64,000 nt of DNA from an uncultured Mycoplasmatota bacterium (GCA_948467605.1 CAOKET010000004.1:7799-71798), one strand, 5' to 3'. Shown: positions 31,906 to 42,152, counted from the first letter of the stretch. Made by a program: numbers and translations. Notes: generated by a model not told the origin, from the sequence alone.

Positions 31906-32151
31906 TTAAATCAGCAAAAATGTTAAAATTATGTTATAAAGTTGCTTCATTGCTAAAAAATGTATAGTATACTTTAGTTGTATTCGAAATGAGAAAATTG
32001 TTTTTTAGGGGTTCGGTATCTGACCACTAGAGGCACCATTATTGATTATTACTAGTAGAAATACTAGTTTTTTAATTACTATTTAATACATATTAAATTA
32101 ATTTAGGACTAATATAGTCAATTTTTTCATATATTTTTATGGGTGAAGGTT

Positions 32152-33228
32152 ATGAAGAAGTTAGTAGTATTTTTTGCATTATTAGTTTTAATTTTTCCAT
32201 TTAATGTTAAAGCAGTTAGTAGTGAATGTATAGTAGTTATGGATCAAAATAGTAAACGTATTTTATTTAGTCAAAATAAAGATAGAGTACGCCTAATAGC
32301 AAGTATATCAAAAATAATGACTGCAATAATAGCAATTGAAAGTGATAGATTAGGCGAAGTAGTTAAAGTAGATGAATCTATTCTAAAAGCATATGGGTCA
32401 GGAGTTTATATAGAAATAGGTGAGGAATTAACACTACTTGATTTAGTATATGGCCTAATGCTTAGAAGCGGTAATGATGCGGCTGTTATGATTGCTAAAT
32501 TTGTTGGTGGATCACAAGAAAATTTTGTTGCAATGATGAACGAAAAAGCAAGAGAACTAGGTATGAAAAACACAACTTTTAATAATCCTTCAGGATTAGA
32601 CGAAGAAAAGGGTAATTACTCAACTGCCTACGATATGGCATTACTAACAAGTTACGCTATGGAAAATGAAATATATAGAACTGTAACAGGAACTAAAAAA
32701 TATACAACTAAATCTACATATAAAACATATATCTGGAATAATAAAAACAAACTGTTATCTACGTATAAGTACACAACAGGTGGAAAAACAGGATTTACCG
32801 AAAGAGCAAGAAGAACTTTAGTTACAACTGCTAGTTACAATAACTTAAATTTAGTTACAGTAACACTAAACGATCCAGATGATTTTTCAACTCATAAATC
32901 TATGTATGAAAACTATTATAATGTTTATAAAAATTACTTAGTTGTACCAAAAGATAACTTTATTACAGAAGATACATATTATAAAGGAAAACTATATATT
33001 AATTCTGACATATATTATCCTATAAAAAATGGTGAAGAATCAAAAATTACTTCAAAAATAATACTTGATAAACTAGATAGTTATAAAAATGGGGACAAAG
33101 TAGGTGTTGTAAAAGTTTATCTTAACAAAAAAGAGGTTATGGAAAGAGATATATTTGTAGAAGTTGAAGAAAAGAAAAAGAAAAATCCCTCATTTTTCTC
33201 TAAAATTCTTTCGTGGTTTAAACTATGA
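32152..33228 (+). CDS. dacB: D-alanyl-D-alanine carboxypeptidase DacB-like (S11)
   Basis: SxxK (ASISKIMT), SGN, KTG motifs; upstream of spmAB. Confidence 0.88.
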   Translation: MKKLVVFFALLVLIFPFNVKAVSSECIVVMDQNSKRILFSQNKDRVRLIASISKIMTAIIAIESDRLGEVVKVDESILKAYGSGVYIEIGEELTLLDLVYGLMLRSGNDAAVMIAKFVGGSQENFVAMMNEKARELGMKNTTFNNPSGLDEEKGNYSTAYDMALLTSYAMENEIYRTVTGTKKYTTKSTYKTYIWNNKNKLLSTYKYTTGGKTGFTERARRTLVTTASYNNLNLVTVTLNDPDDFSTHKSMYENYYNVYKNYLVVPKDNFITEDTYYKGKLYINSDIYYPIKNGEESKITSKIILDKLDSYKNGDKVGVVKVYLNKKEVMERDIFVEVEEKKKKNPSFFSKILSWFKL

Positions 33229-33803
33229 TGAATAAACTATGGGCAGCATTTATTGTTATTGGTATAGTTTTTTGTATGGCAACAGGAAATGCTGTAACAA
33301 TTAATAATGAAATGATAAATGGTGGCAAATCAGCATTAAAAATGGTAATTGAAATGCTACCATTAATGGCAATTTGGTCAGGACTTATGAATATTGCAAG
33401 TAAAAGTGGATTACTAAATAAATTATCAATTATGTTATCTCCAATACTAAATCCGCTATTTCCAGATATAGAAAAAGGACATGAGTCACTGGGATTAATT
33501 ACATCAAATATGGTTGCCAATATATTTGGTTTAGGGAGTGCAGCAACTCCTTTTGGCCTAAAGGCCATGAAATCTTTACAGGAACTTAATCATGATAAAA
33601 AAATAGCGAGTAGAAGTATGATTACATTTCTAGTACTTAATACAAGTGGTCTTACCCTAATACCAACTACTATAATATCCTTAAGAATGATGCATGGTAG
33701 TCAAAATCCAACAGAAATAATTTTAGCGTCTATTCTAGCAACATTTTTCTCTACCTTTTTTGGCCTTCTAATGAATAAATTCTTATCAAGAAAAGAGGCG
33801 TAA
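33225..33803 (+). CDS. spmA: Spore maturation protein A
   Basis: NMVANIFGLGSAATPFGLKAM..LQ, FLVLNTSGLTLIPTTII. Confidence 0.93.
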   Translation: MMNKLWAAFIVIGIVFCMATGNAVTINNEMINGGKSALKMVIEMLPLMAIWSGLMNIASKSGLLNKLSIMLSPILNPLFPDIEKGHESLGLITSNMVANIFGLGSAATPFGLKAMKSLQELNHDKKIASRSMITFLVLNTSGLTLIPTTIISLRMMHGSQNPTEIILASILATFFSTFFGLLMNKFLSRKEA

Positions 33804-33804
33804 T

Positions 33805-34323
33805 ATGAAAGTAACAGATTTCATAATACCATTAATTGCACTCTTTATAATTATTTATGGTGTAAAAAAGAAAGTACAAGTTTATGATGCATTTATAGAA
33901 GGCGCTAAAGAAGGAATACAAACCTGTATAGAAATATTCCCCGTTTTAATAACAATGATATTTGCGATAAATATTTTATTAAAAAGCAATGTTTTAAATG
34001 TAGTTCTTTCATTTTTATCACCATTATTTGAAGCGTTAAATATACCTAAAGATATTATACCATTAATGTTTTTAAGACCAATTTCAGGCTCTTCTTCACT
34101 AGTTTTAGTAAATGATATTTTTACATCTTATGGACCTGATACGTATATTGGAAGACTAGCGTCTGTTTTGCAAGGGTGTACTGATACGACAATATACGTT
34201 TTATCCCTATATTTTGGCAGTGTTGGTATAAAAAAAACAAGATACGCCCTTTTTAATGGTTTATTCGCAGACATAATGGGGATTATTGCAAGTATAGTAT
34301 TTGTCAATTTGCTATTTTATTAA
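33805..34323 (+). CDS. spmB: Spore maturation protein B
   Basis: VYDAFIEGAKEG, RPISGSSS, DTTIYVLSLYFGSVGIKK.RYA. Confidence 0.93.
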   Translation: MKVTDFIIPLIALFIIIYGVKKKVQVYDAFIEGAKEGIQTCIEIFPVLITMIFAINILLKSNVLNVVLSFLSPLFEALNIPKDIIPLMFLRPISGSSSLVLVNDIFTSYGPDTYIGRLASVLQGCTDTTIYVLSLYFGSVGIKKTRYALFNGLFADIMGIIASIVFVNLLFY

Positions 34324-34378
34324 AACTTCTTGAAAGTGTAATATTTATGTGATAATATTATACTAGAGGAGAGTGTTT

Positions 34379-34774
34379 ATGAAGAAAATATTAGCAGTTA
34401 TGTTTGCACTATTATTATTAACAGGATGTGGCAATAAAAAGGAAGATGAATTTAAAAAATTAGAAGAATCTTTTACTAAAGCAGTATCAAAATATTACGA
34501 GGAAAATTTACTTGGACAGGTATACCCTCCATATAGTTGTCAGAAAATAACTCTTTCTGAAATGAAAGATGCTGGTGTTTCAACTAATGATTACACTAAT
34601 AAAGGATGCAAAACTGATACAGTTTCAGCATTTATAATTGTAACAGATTCATCTAATCCATCTGATATAAAATATGAAGTAATACCAAATTTATCTTGTA
34701 AAGATTATTCATCTACTATTTCAGATGAAACAATATCAAAACATCAATGTCTATCTACTTACCTTGGTAAATAA
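34379..34774 (+). CDS. Lipoprotein of unknown function with four Cys in the mature part
   Basis: Lipobox LTGC; inserted between spmB and rluB. Confidence 0.65.
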   Translation: MKKILAVMFALLLLTGCGNKKEDEFKKLEESFTKAVSKYYEENLLGQVYPPYSCQKITLSEMKDAGVSTNDYTNKGCKTDTVSAFIIVTDSSNPSDIKYEVIPNLSCKDYSSTISDETISKHQCLSTYLGK

Positions 34775-35496
34775 TGGAAAAAAGATTACAAAAATTAATA
34801 TCTGAAAGTGGATATACATCTAGAAGAAAAGCAGAAGAATTAATTTTACGTGGAAAAGTAAAAGTAAATGGTAAGGTTATTACTGAATTAGGTGCAAAAT
34901 TTGATGAAAAAGTAAAAATTGAAATTGATGGTGAAATATTAGAAAAGTGTGAAAAGGAGTACTATGTAATTAATAAACCTAGAGGAGTTGTAACAACAAC
35001 AAAAGATGATAAAAATAGGAAAACTATAATGGATTTTTTTGATAGTGATAAAAGACTTTATCCAATAGGAAGACTAGACTACGATACAACAGGAGTATTA
35101 CTTGTCACTAATGATGGAGATTTTGCTCAAATGCTAATGCATCCTAAGAACAATATTGATAAAGTTTATATTGCAAAACTAGAAGGTATAATTGATGCAT
35201 ATTCTATAAAACAATTAAAGGATGGAATAATGCTAGATGAAAGAAAAACATCAAAGGCAAGAGTAAAATTAAAAAAGGTTGATAAAAAGAGCAATACATG
35301 CATAGTTCAAATAACAATACATGAAGGAATGTATCATCAAGTAAAAAGAATGTTTGAAAGTGTAGGATATAATGTTTTAAAATTAAAAAGAGAATTTTAT
35401 GCCTTTATAGGTGTAGATGATTTAAAACCAGGAGAGTATAGAAAACTTACACCAAAAGAAGTCCATCAATTATATGCACTCTCAAATGAAAAATAA
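34774..35496 (+). CDS. rluB: 23S rRNA pseudouridine synthase RluB
   Basis: S4 domain RLQKLI...SRRKAE, GRLDYDTTG catalytic motif, EGMYHQVKRM. Confidence 0.9.
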   Translation: MEKRLQKLISESGYTSRRKAEELILRGKVKVNGKVITELGAKFDEKVKIEIDGEILEKCEKEYYVINKPRGVVTTTKDDKNRKTIMDFFDSDKRLYPIGRLDYDTTGVLLVTNDGDFAQMLMHPKNNIDKVYIAKLEGIIDAYSIKQLKDGIMLDERKTSKARVKLKKVDKKSNTCIVQITIHEGMYHQVKRMFESVGYNVLKLKREFYAFIGVDDLKPGEYRKLTPKEVHQLYALSNEK

Positions 35497-35637
35497 AAAA
35501 TTATAATTACTTATAGAATGAATCTATTGCCAAAGACCAAATAAAAAAGAGGTCTAAACAATAGGTTCATTTTAATTATTTATGGTCCTCTTTTTTCATT
35601 AACTTTATTTTACATAAAAATCATATATATCTTCAAT

Positions 35638-35847
35638 TTAAGCCGCATCTTCTAAATTATCTTTATCTTCAATCGCATCGACTGGACAACTATCAATTGC
35701 AAGTTCTACATCTTCAATATTTTCATCTGTTATTTTAGAATTGTCTGCAACTGCAAGTCCATCTTCATCAAAATTAAAAACATCTTCTGCAATATTTGTA
35801 CATGCTCCACATCCGATACATACATCTTTTTTTACTATAACTTTCAT
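35638..35847 (-). CDS. fer: Single-cluster ferredoxin
   Basis: CIGCGAC...CPVDAI. Confidence 0.9.
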   Translation of the reverse strand: MKVIVKKDVCIGCGACTNIAEDVFNFDEDGLAVADNSKITDENIEDVELAIDSCPVDAIEDKDNLEDAA

Positions 35848-35969
35848 ATTTTTTCCTCCTTACATTAATTATACGTACTATAAAAATAAAAATCAATGCA
35901 ATAATATTAAAAAACTGCTTTTATAATTCGACAAAATATGATATTATGGAATTAATAGTAGGTGATTAT

Positions 35970-36647
35970 ATGCAAACAAGAGTTGGAAGACACAATTATC
36001 AAGAAGAAATTCTAGATATTGGTGGAAGAACAAAAAAAAATGCCGACTTGTACAAAAAAGATTATAAAGATGAAGAAATAAAAGTTCCAAAAATATCAAA
36101 TGGCAGAGAACTAAATGAAGCAGAATTTCAAAAAATTATAAATCAAAGCCAAACTCGTTCTATGAAGACAATAACTAAAGATGAATTAAAGGAAATAGAA
36201 GAACCTATTACTAAAGGTGAAGATAAAGTATATGATATAAATAGTGTATTAGAAAAAGCAAAAAACAGAAGAAAAACAGCATCTAAGACACAATATAAAG
36301 TTCCTTCTTTTGAAGAATATATACCAATGGAAGAACAAGAAATAAAAGATGATATGGAGTTACTATCAGATCTTATGGGAGATGGTAATACTGTAGTTAC
36401 GCCTAAATTAGTAGAAGATACAATTATAGAAGAAAACATAAATGATACACAAACACAAACTCAAATAGATGATTCTTTCTACAGTAAATCAATTAAATTT
36501 GAAAGAAAAGATTTTGACGACAATAGTTTTCATGAAAAGACAAAAAAACACTCAAAGTTGCAAATAGTTATTACTATAATAGTAGTAATACTATTAATAG
36601 TAGCAGTTATCTTAGGAATATTGATATTAAGTAAGTTTAAATTTTAA
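35970..36647 (+). CDS. Hypothetical protein with a C-terminal TM anchor
   Basis: Acidic body, hydrophobic tail; ATG at 35970 after AGGTGA. Confidence 0.65.
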   Translation: MQTRVGRHNYQEEILDIGGRTKKNADLYKKDYKDEEIKVPKISNGRELNEAEFQKIINQSQTRSMKTITKDELKEIEEPITKGEDKVYDINSVLEKAKNRRKTASKTQYKVPSFEEYIPMEEQEIKDDMELLSDLMGDGNTVVTPKLVEDTIIEENINDTQTQTQIDDSFYSKSIKFERKDFDDNSFHEKTKKHSKLQIVITIIVVILLIVAVILGILILSKFKF

Positions 36648-36698
36648 AGATTACTACTGTAGTCTTTTTTTTCATATTATTAATTAGGAGATAAAAAT

Positions 36699-37439
36699 AT
36701 GCAGAAGAAGAAAAAAAACTATAAACTAAATATTTTATTATATAGTATATTATTTGGACTTGTATGTTCTATATTTATGATTTTTCATTTCGGCAAAAAA
36801 ACATTTTCTACTTTAATGGTATATGCAGAATCAGAGGCAAATAAAATAGTAAGTACAATAATTAATAAGATAGTATTAGAAGAAGTTGCAAAAAGTATTA
36901 ATTTTGATGAAATTTTTATAATTACTAAAGGTGAAGATGGGAAAATACAAACAGTTGATTTTGATTCACTTGCAGTAAATAATATTTTGAGTTTTATAAC
37001 TAATTCGGTTGAGGATAATCTAAATTATATGGAAGAAGGAAACTTAGAATTTATGGGTTCAATTAACTTAAAATATAAACCAAATATAGATGATATTAAA
37101 AGAGGAATAGTAGCAGTTATACCATTAGGAGTCTCATTTAATAACCAATATCTTTCAAATTTAGGACCAAAAATACCTGTAAAATTAAGATATGTTGGTT
37201 CAGTATCAACTAATTTAGTAACAGTTGTAAAAGATTATGGTATAAATAATGCTTTAATTGAATTAAATGTTCATATTAAGGTAGTTGAGCAAGTAAACAT
37301 ACCTTTTAATTCAAAAGAAATAGTAGTTGAAAATGATATTCCAATAGCAATAAAAATCATTCAAGGAACTGTACCAGACTATTATGGAAACATACTTTCT
37401 AAATCAAGTCCAATTTTATCAACAAATATAGATAATTAA
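36699..37439 (+). CDS. yunB: Sporulation protein YunB
   Basis: IPLGVSFNN..LSNLGPKIPVK...YGINNA...VPDYY. Confidence 0.9.
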   Translation: MQKKKKNYKLNILLYSILFGLVCSIFMIFHFGKKTFSTLMVYAESEANKIVSTIINKIVLEEVAKSINFDEIFIITKGEDGKIQTVDFDSLAVNNILSFITNSVEDNLNYMEEGNLEFMGSINLKYKPNIDDIKRGIVAVIPLGVSFNNQYLSNLGPKIPVKLRYVGSVSTNLVTVVKDYGINNALIELNVHIKVVEQVNIPFNSKEIVVENDIPIAIKIIQGTVPDYYGNILSKSSPILSTNIDN

Positions 37440-37473
37440 TTAATATTGTGGTATTATATAATTGGTGGATAGT

Positions 37474-39171
37474 ATGGAAAAAAGGAAGTTAAATATTAAA
37501 AAGTTAATTTTAGGCCTATTAATTGTACTATTAGTTGTATATTTAATAGTGAATTTAGTAATAAGAGTTATAAACAAAACGTCTGGAAAAGAGATAGATA
37601 TGTTTGTATCCTCATCTACCACATCCACAAAATTATATGATATGGAGTACAAAGAATCACTTGATTTAATAAGAGGTAGTAAAATAAAAGTTAACTTAAA
37701 AAATGAAGTAATAGAGAATAATAAAACTTATTACAAAATTAAATATAATAATAAATATTATTATATACTTAAAGAAAATGTAGCTAATTCAATAGATAAG
37801 GTTGCAACTGAAAAAGAAATATTTATTAGAACTAGTTGTACAGTATATTTAAACCAGGAATCAGGAAGTATATTAGGAGTTGCTAAAAAGGGTGAAAAAT
37901 ATGAAGTTCTAGGAATAGATAAGGTCGATGAAAAAGGTGAAGTAAATTCATATAAAATAAAGTACAATGATACCGAGGGATATATATATAGGAAGTATAT
38001 AGTATATAATGAAGGAGAAGCATTAGCAAAATATGATACAGGAAGTACAGTTCATGATGATAGAGGAGATAAATATGGTGGAGGTTCTTCTTCTGATTTA
38101 GACTATTACCCTGTTGAGAAAAAAGTATTTGAAAACAACAAAATGCCAGAAAAGGTATATGCACTATATTTAAATGGTTCGAAAGAAGTTATTTCTAGAA
38201 TCGATGAATATATTCTGTATGCCAAAGAAACAAAAATTAATACATTTGTTGTAGATATAAAAGATAATGAAGCACCAAGGTATGCATCAGAAGTTATGAA
38301 AACTTATTCTAAAACAAATTATGATAAAGCATCAAATTCAGTTGAAACATATAGAAATGCAATTGCTAAATTAAAAGATGAAGGATTTTATGTAATTGGA
38401 AGAATAACAGTCTTTAAAGATAAGTATTATGCCCAGGATAATCCAGATACAGCAATAGCAGATACTAGAACAAATCAACCCTTTCTATATGCTAAAACAT
38501 ATTGGCCAAGCCCATATAGCAGAAAAGTATGGCAATTTAATGTAGATCTTGCTAAAGAGGCGGTTTCATTAATGAAATTTAATGAAATACAGTTCGACTA
38601 TGTTAGATTCCCTGATAGAACTATTTCATACGAAAATCAAGGAATTATGGATTTTAAAAACACATATGGTGAATCAAAGGCTCAAGCAATACAAAGATTT
38701 TTAATGTATGCTTGTGATGAATTACATAAATTAAATGTATATGTAAGTGCAGATGTATTTGGAGAATCGGCACATACTTACGTAACAGCATACGGCCAAT
38801 ATTGGCCAGCAATTAGCAATGTTGTAGATGTAATAAGTGCTATGCCATATCCTGATCATTTTAATCAATATGAATATGGATTTAAAAAATCAGTTTGGAC
38901 TATGCCATATGAAATTTTAAATTATTGGGGTAAGAATTACGCAAGTAAAAGACAAGAGGAAATTCCAACCCCAGCAATAGCAAGAACATGGATACAGGCT
39001 TACAATGTAATAAGAAATGTAGATAGAATAGATTATAATGCTAAAGAAGTCGAAAATCAGATAAAAGGTTTATTTGATGCTGGTCTTAATGGAGGATACA
39101 TGACTTGGAATTCAGCATCTAGCCTAGATAAATACAAAATGCAAAAAGATGCTTATACAAAGGAGTACTAA
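37474..39171 (+). CDS. Membrane-anchored putative glycoside hydrolase (DUF4015-like) with N-terminal SH3-like modules
   Basis: VVDIKD, GRITVFKD, EIQFDYVRFP, SADVFG, GQYW..IS, ISAMPYPDH, RTWIQAY. Confidence 0.75.
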   Translation: MEKRKLNIKKLILGLLIVLLVVYLIVNLVIRVINKTSGKEIDMFVSSSTTSTKLYDMEYKESLDLIRGSKIKVNLKNEVIENNKTYYKIKYNNKYYYILKENVANSIDKVATEKEIFIRTSCTVYLNQESGSILGVAKKGEKYEVLGIDKVDEKGEVNSYKIKYNDTEGYIYRKYIVYNEGEALAKYDTGSTVHDDRGDKYGGGSSSDLDYYPVEKKVFENNKMPEKVYALYLNGSKEVISRIDEYILYAKETKINTFVVDIKDNEAPRYASEVMKTYSKTNYDKASNSVETYRNAIAKLKDEGFYVIGRITVFKDKYYAQDNPDTAIADTRTNQPFLYAKTYWPSPYSRKVWQFNVDLAKEAVSLMKFNEIQFDYVRFPDRTISYENQGIMDFKNTYGESKAQAIQRFLMYACDELHKLNVYVSADVFGESAHTYVTAYGQYWPAISNVVDVISAMPYPDHFNQYEYGFKKSVWTMPYEILNYWGKNYASKRQEEIPTPAIARTWIQAYNVIRNVDRIDYNAKEVENQIKGLFDAGLNGGYMTWNSASSLDKYKMQKDAYTKEY

Positions 39172-39172
39172 C

Positions 39173-39457
39173 ATGGAAAAAATAATATTAAACAATATTG
39201 AATACGAGGTTATAGAAAATAATAAAGAAACATTCAATAAAGAGGTAATCGAACACTTATATACATCATACTTCGAACCATATGATTATATATTAGGAGA
39301 TCGTGCATATGGAAAAATAAGATTAAAAGGATTTTGTGAAAAAGGTAATAAGAATTTTAATGAAATAAATGATTCAAGTAATATAAAAGAATATTTAAAT
39401 AGCTATTGTGCAAAAGAATGTGGATATTTTATTTTAAAAAAGACTATTCAAAATTAA
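39173..39457 (+). CDS. yutD: YutD/DUF1027 family protein
   Basis: YDYILGD.AYG..RLKGF...I.EYL..YC...CGYFIL. Confidence 0.8.
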   Translation: MEKIILNNIEYEVIENNKETFNKEVIEHLYTSYFEPYDYILGDRAYGKIRLKGFCEKGNKNFNEINDSSNIKEYLNSYCAKECGYFILKKTIQN

Positions 39458-39508
39458 AATTGTATGTTATAATATACAAGAATAGACGAAGAATATGGAG
39501 GGAAAGTT

Positions 39509-39760
39509 ATGAATAAGGAGACACTTAAAGTGTTAAATGCTTCCGGAGTTGAGACTTCATGTGAAATTTTAAATGAATTTAATCTTCAAGAAACCGGTAA
39601 AAAATATGTCGTTTATACTTTAAATGAAGAAAACGAAAGTGGTATGATAAAAATATATGTTGCAGAAAAAGCAATAGATGGTACATTAAAATCAATAGAA
39701 TCTGACGATGAATGGATTAGATTAAAACAAGTATTAAAAGAAATGGCTAGAGGTGAATAG
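39509..39760 (+). CDS. DUF1292-like small protein
   Basis: ETGKKYVVYT..EE...IESDDEW..LKQVLKEM. Confidence 0.7.
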   Translation: MNKETLKVLNASGVETSCEILNEFNLQETGKKYVVYTLNEENESGMIKIYVAEKAIDGTLKSIESDDEWIRLKQVLKEMARGE

Positions 39761-39761
39761 T

Positions 39762-40871
39762 ATGGATCAAGGAATGAATTTTGAAGGTATGCCAATGAAT
39801 AATGGATTTGCATTTAACAATGTTACAGCGCCAAATCAATCAATACCATCAACAACTGAACATAGAAGTGTATTAGTAAGTAGAAAGTTTATTAACGGGC
39901 TTGTTACAAACTATAATAAAAACAAAAATAATGTAGAAAGTGATTATTCAGTTCCAAGTTTTGAAATGCCAAAATTTGAAATGCCAAAGTTTGATTTTAA
40001 AGCAGAACCAACACTTGAACCTGTGGTAAATCAACCAGTAGAACCTGTAAAAACAGTAGAAGAACCAAAATTTGAAATACCAAAATTTGATTTTTCATCA
40101 ATTACTACTAGTAATGCACAACCACCAGTACAAAAAGTTGATATTCCTGTTAAAAAACAAGAAGAGAATGAAACACCATCAGATGAAGGAACAGCAATAA
40201 ATATAGCAAACTACAATAATTTTGAAAATATTACAAATGAAGAATTATTGGCAAAATACGCTAATATAGATGGAATAAGTACTGAAACAATGCTATTTGA
40301 GGTTCAAAACACACTTAATTCCTTAGCAAATATGGTTAGTGTATTAACTCAACAAAGAACAGATTTACTAGCACAACAAGAAGAAATCGCAGAAGCAAAC
40401 GAAGCATTAGACAAACGTGAAGAAGTAGTAGAATTAAAAGAAAGAGAAGTAGAAGAAGCAGAAAGAGCAAATGAAACACAAAGACAAGAAATTGAAAAAT
40501 TAGCTGCCGATAATGCTAGACAATTATCTGAAAGAACTTTAGCACTTAAAGCAAAAGCACAAGAATTAGAAGATAAAGAAAGAGCATATATGAATAGAGT
40601 TGAAGAACTTAATAAAGATATTGCTAAAAATGTTGAAGATGCTAAAATGCTTAAAAAACGTGCTGAAGAACTTAGTGTTAAGGAAGCAGAACTTGATAGA
40701 TTATCTGTTGAATTAAAGGGAAGATATAATAACCTAGTAGATGCTGAAAATAAATTCAAAGCAATAGTTAAAGGATTTAACGATACTGTTAACTTTAACA
40801 ATACATTAAATTCAATCGCACAACCTGCAAAACAACTAAAAAAAGAATTAACTGAAGAAAAAGCCGCATAG
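39762..40871 (+). CDS. Hypothetical protein: FxxPKF repeats, Pro-rich linker, long C-terminal coiled coil
   Basis: E/K/A/Q heptad-rich C-terminal half; RBS GAGGTG overlaps the upstream gene end. Confidence 0.75.
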   Translation: MDQGMNFEGMPMNNGFAFNNVTAPNQSIPSTTEHRSVLVSRKFINGLVTNYNKNKNNVESDYSVPSFEMPKFEMPKFDFKAEPTLEPVVNQPVEPVKTVEEPKFEIPKFDFSSITTSNAQPPVQKVDIPVKKQEENETPSDEGTAINIANYNNFENITNEELLAKYANIDGISTETMLFEVQNTLNSLANMVSVLTQQRTDLLAQQEEIAEANEALDKREEVVELKEREVEEAERANETQRQEIEKLAADNARQLSERTLALKAKAQELEDKERAYMNRVEELNKDIAKNVEDAKMLKKRAEELSVKEAELDRLSVELKGRYNNLVDAENKFKAIVKGFNDTVNFNNTLNSIAQPAKQLKKELTEEKAA

Positions 40872-40981
40872 GTTTTTTTATTTTGAGCCATAATAATTAA
40901 AAAATACTACCATACAATTATTTTATTTGAATATATAAAAAAAGTATGATATAATCTACTTATAATAGTGGAGGGGTCCTA

Positions 40982-42103
40982 ATGAGAATTAATGTTATAG
41001 ATGATAAGGGCATCGAAAAAAATGCAAATATAATAACTTCTTTTAGGTTTAATAAAAAGAAATATATTATATATACATTTAATGAAGAAGATGATACTAA
41101 TTCTGTAAGAATCTATATATGTGAATTAAGGATAAAAATGAATAGTTTTTCATTTAACAATATAATAAATAGTGAAGAATGGGAACTTCTAAAAGAATTA
41201 ATGAGAGAAATGGCTAAAGGCATAGATAATATAGACTATGTTTTAAATAATTATGATATTGAAGTAATTAATATGGATGAAATAATATCTAAAAATGATT
41301 ACTCACTAGCAACTATAAAGGACAGCAAAATAGTTAAAGTTAGCCTTAAATTCATTAGTGGATTGTATAACACGTATAAAGAACTATTTAATCATATTTC
41401 ATTTAAAGAACCACAAGTGCCTCCTACAAATATAACTGAGGAAAAAGTAGTATTACCACCAGTAGTTGATATGGATAAACTCCCAACTTCTACAAACGAT
41501 GATGAAGAGGATGATACAACTAGCCAAAAAATGAAAGATATTTGGGAATATAGTTCAATGTTGCAGAAAAAAATTGCAAGAGATATGGAATCATTAAATA
41601 GTAAAGTGGTAAAACTAGATGGTGAAAGATACTATGTAAAAGTAAAAGATCCACTTTATTTAAAAGAAAAACTTGATATAAAAGGAAATATCTTTGAAAA
41701 AAAAGAACCTAAAATAGATGATGAAGAGCTTCTAAAAGAGTTAGAACCTACAAACGTATTAGATAGCAATCTTGGAATTAGCAGTACTAATCAATCATTA
41801 TTTAACCAACTAGAAAAAGAACTATCAGGAATCAATGATAACTTTAATAAAATAGTAGTAGATAATCAAAAAAAGAAGGCAAAATTAGCAAATGAAATAG
41901 AAAAAAGATTGCAAGATGTAGTAAGCAAAGAAAAAGAACTAGAAAGTTTAGAACAAAGACTAAATAGGAAAGAAAAAGAATTAGATAAAAAAGAAGAAGA
42001 ACTAATGATTGCAAATGCTAGATTAAATGAAAATGTTAAGGCACTTACAAAATATGCAAACATGGTAAATTCAGTAATATTAAGAAGAACTGAAGATGAT
42101 TAG
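40982..42103 (+). CDS. DUF1292-like domain fused to a C-terminal coiled coil
   Basis: N-terminus aligns by eye with ORF 39509; C-terminus KEKELESLEQRLNRKEKELDKKEEEL. Confidence 0.75.
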   Translation: MRINVIDDKGIEKNANIITSFRFNKKKYIIYTFNEEDDTNSVRIYICELRIKMNSFSFNNIINSEEWELLKELMREMAKGIDNIDYVLNNYDIEVINMDEIISKNDYSLATIKDSKIVKVSLKFISGLYNTYKELFNHISFKEPQVPPTNITEEKVVLPPVVDMDKLPTSTNDDEEDDTTSQKMKDIWEYSSMLQKKIARDMESLNSKVVKLDGERYYVKVKDPLYLKEKLDIKGNIFEKKEPKIDDEELLKELEPTNVLDSNLGISSTNQSLFNQLEKELSGINDNFNKIVVDNQKKKAKLANEIEKRLQDVVSKEKELESLEQRLNRKEKELDKKEEELMIANARLNENVKALTKYANMVNSVILRRTEDD

Positions 42104-42152
42104 TATCACTTCTTTTTTTTGTATAAATTCATATAATTATATGGGGGATTAT

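Larger units (their letters stand above)
30477..32038. mobile_element. Small degenerate island at the tRNA-Glu 3' end (KilA-N and VOC genes)
   Basis: Bounded by a perfect inverted 9-mer, CGAACCCCT (30490) and AGGGGTTCG (32007); the right end finishes in ...GGCACCA. No recombinase gene remains. Confidence 0.45.

Noticed and set aside
32005-32040. tmRNA or tRNA 3' end (GGGGTTCG...GGCACCA)
   Set aside because: No T-arm pairing, acceptor partner or upstream cloverleaf; treated as an att-like remnant instead.
35500-35637. preQ1 or other known riboswitch
   Set aside because: It lies 3' of two convergent genes rather than in a leader, and lacks the conserved ligand-binding loop sequences.
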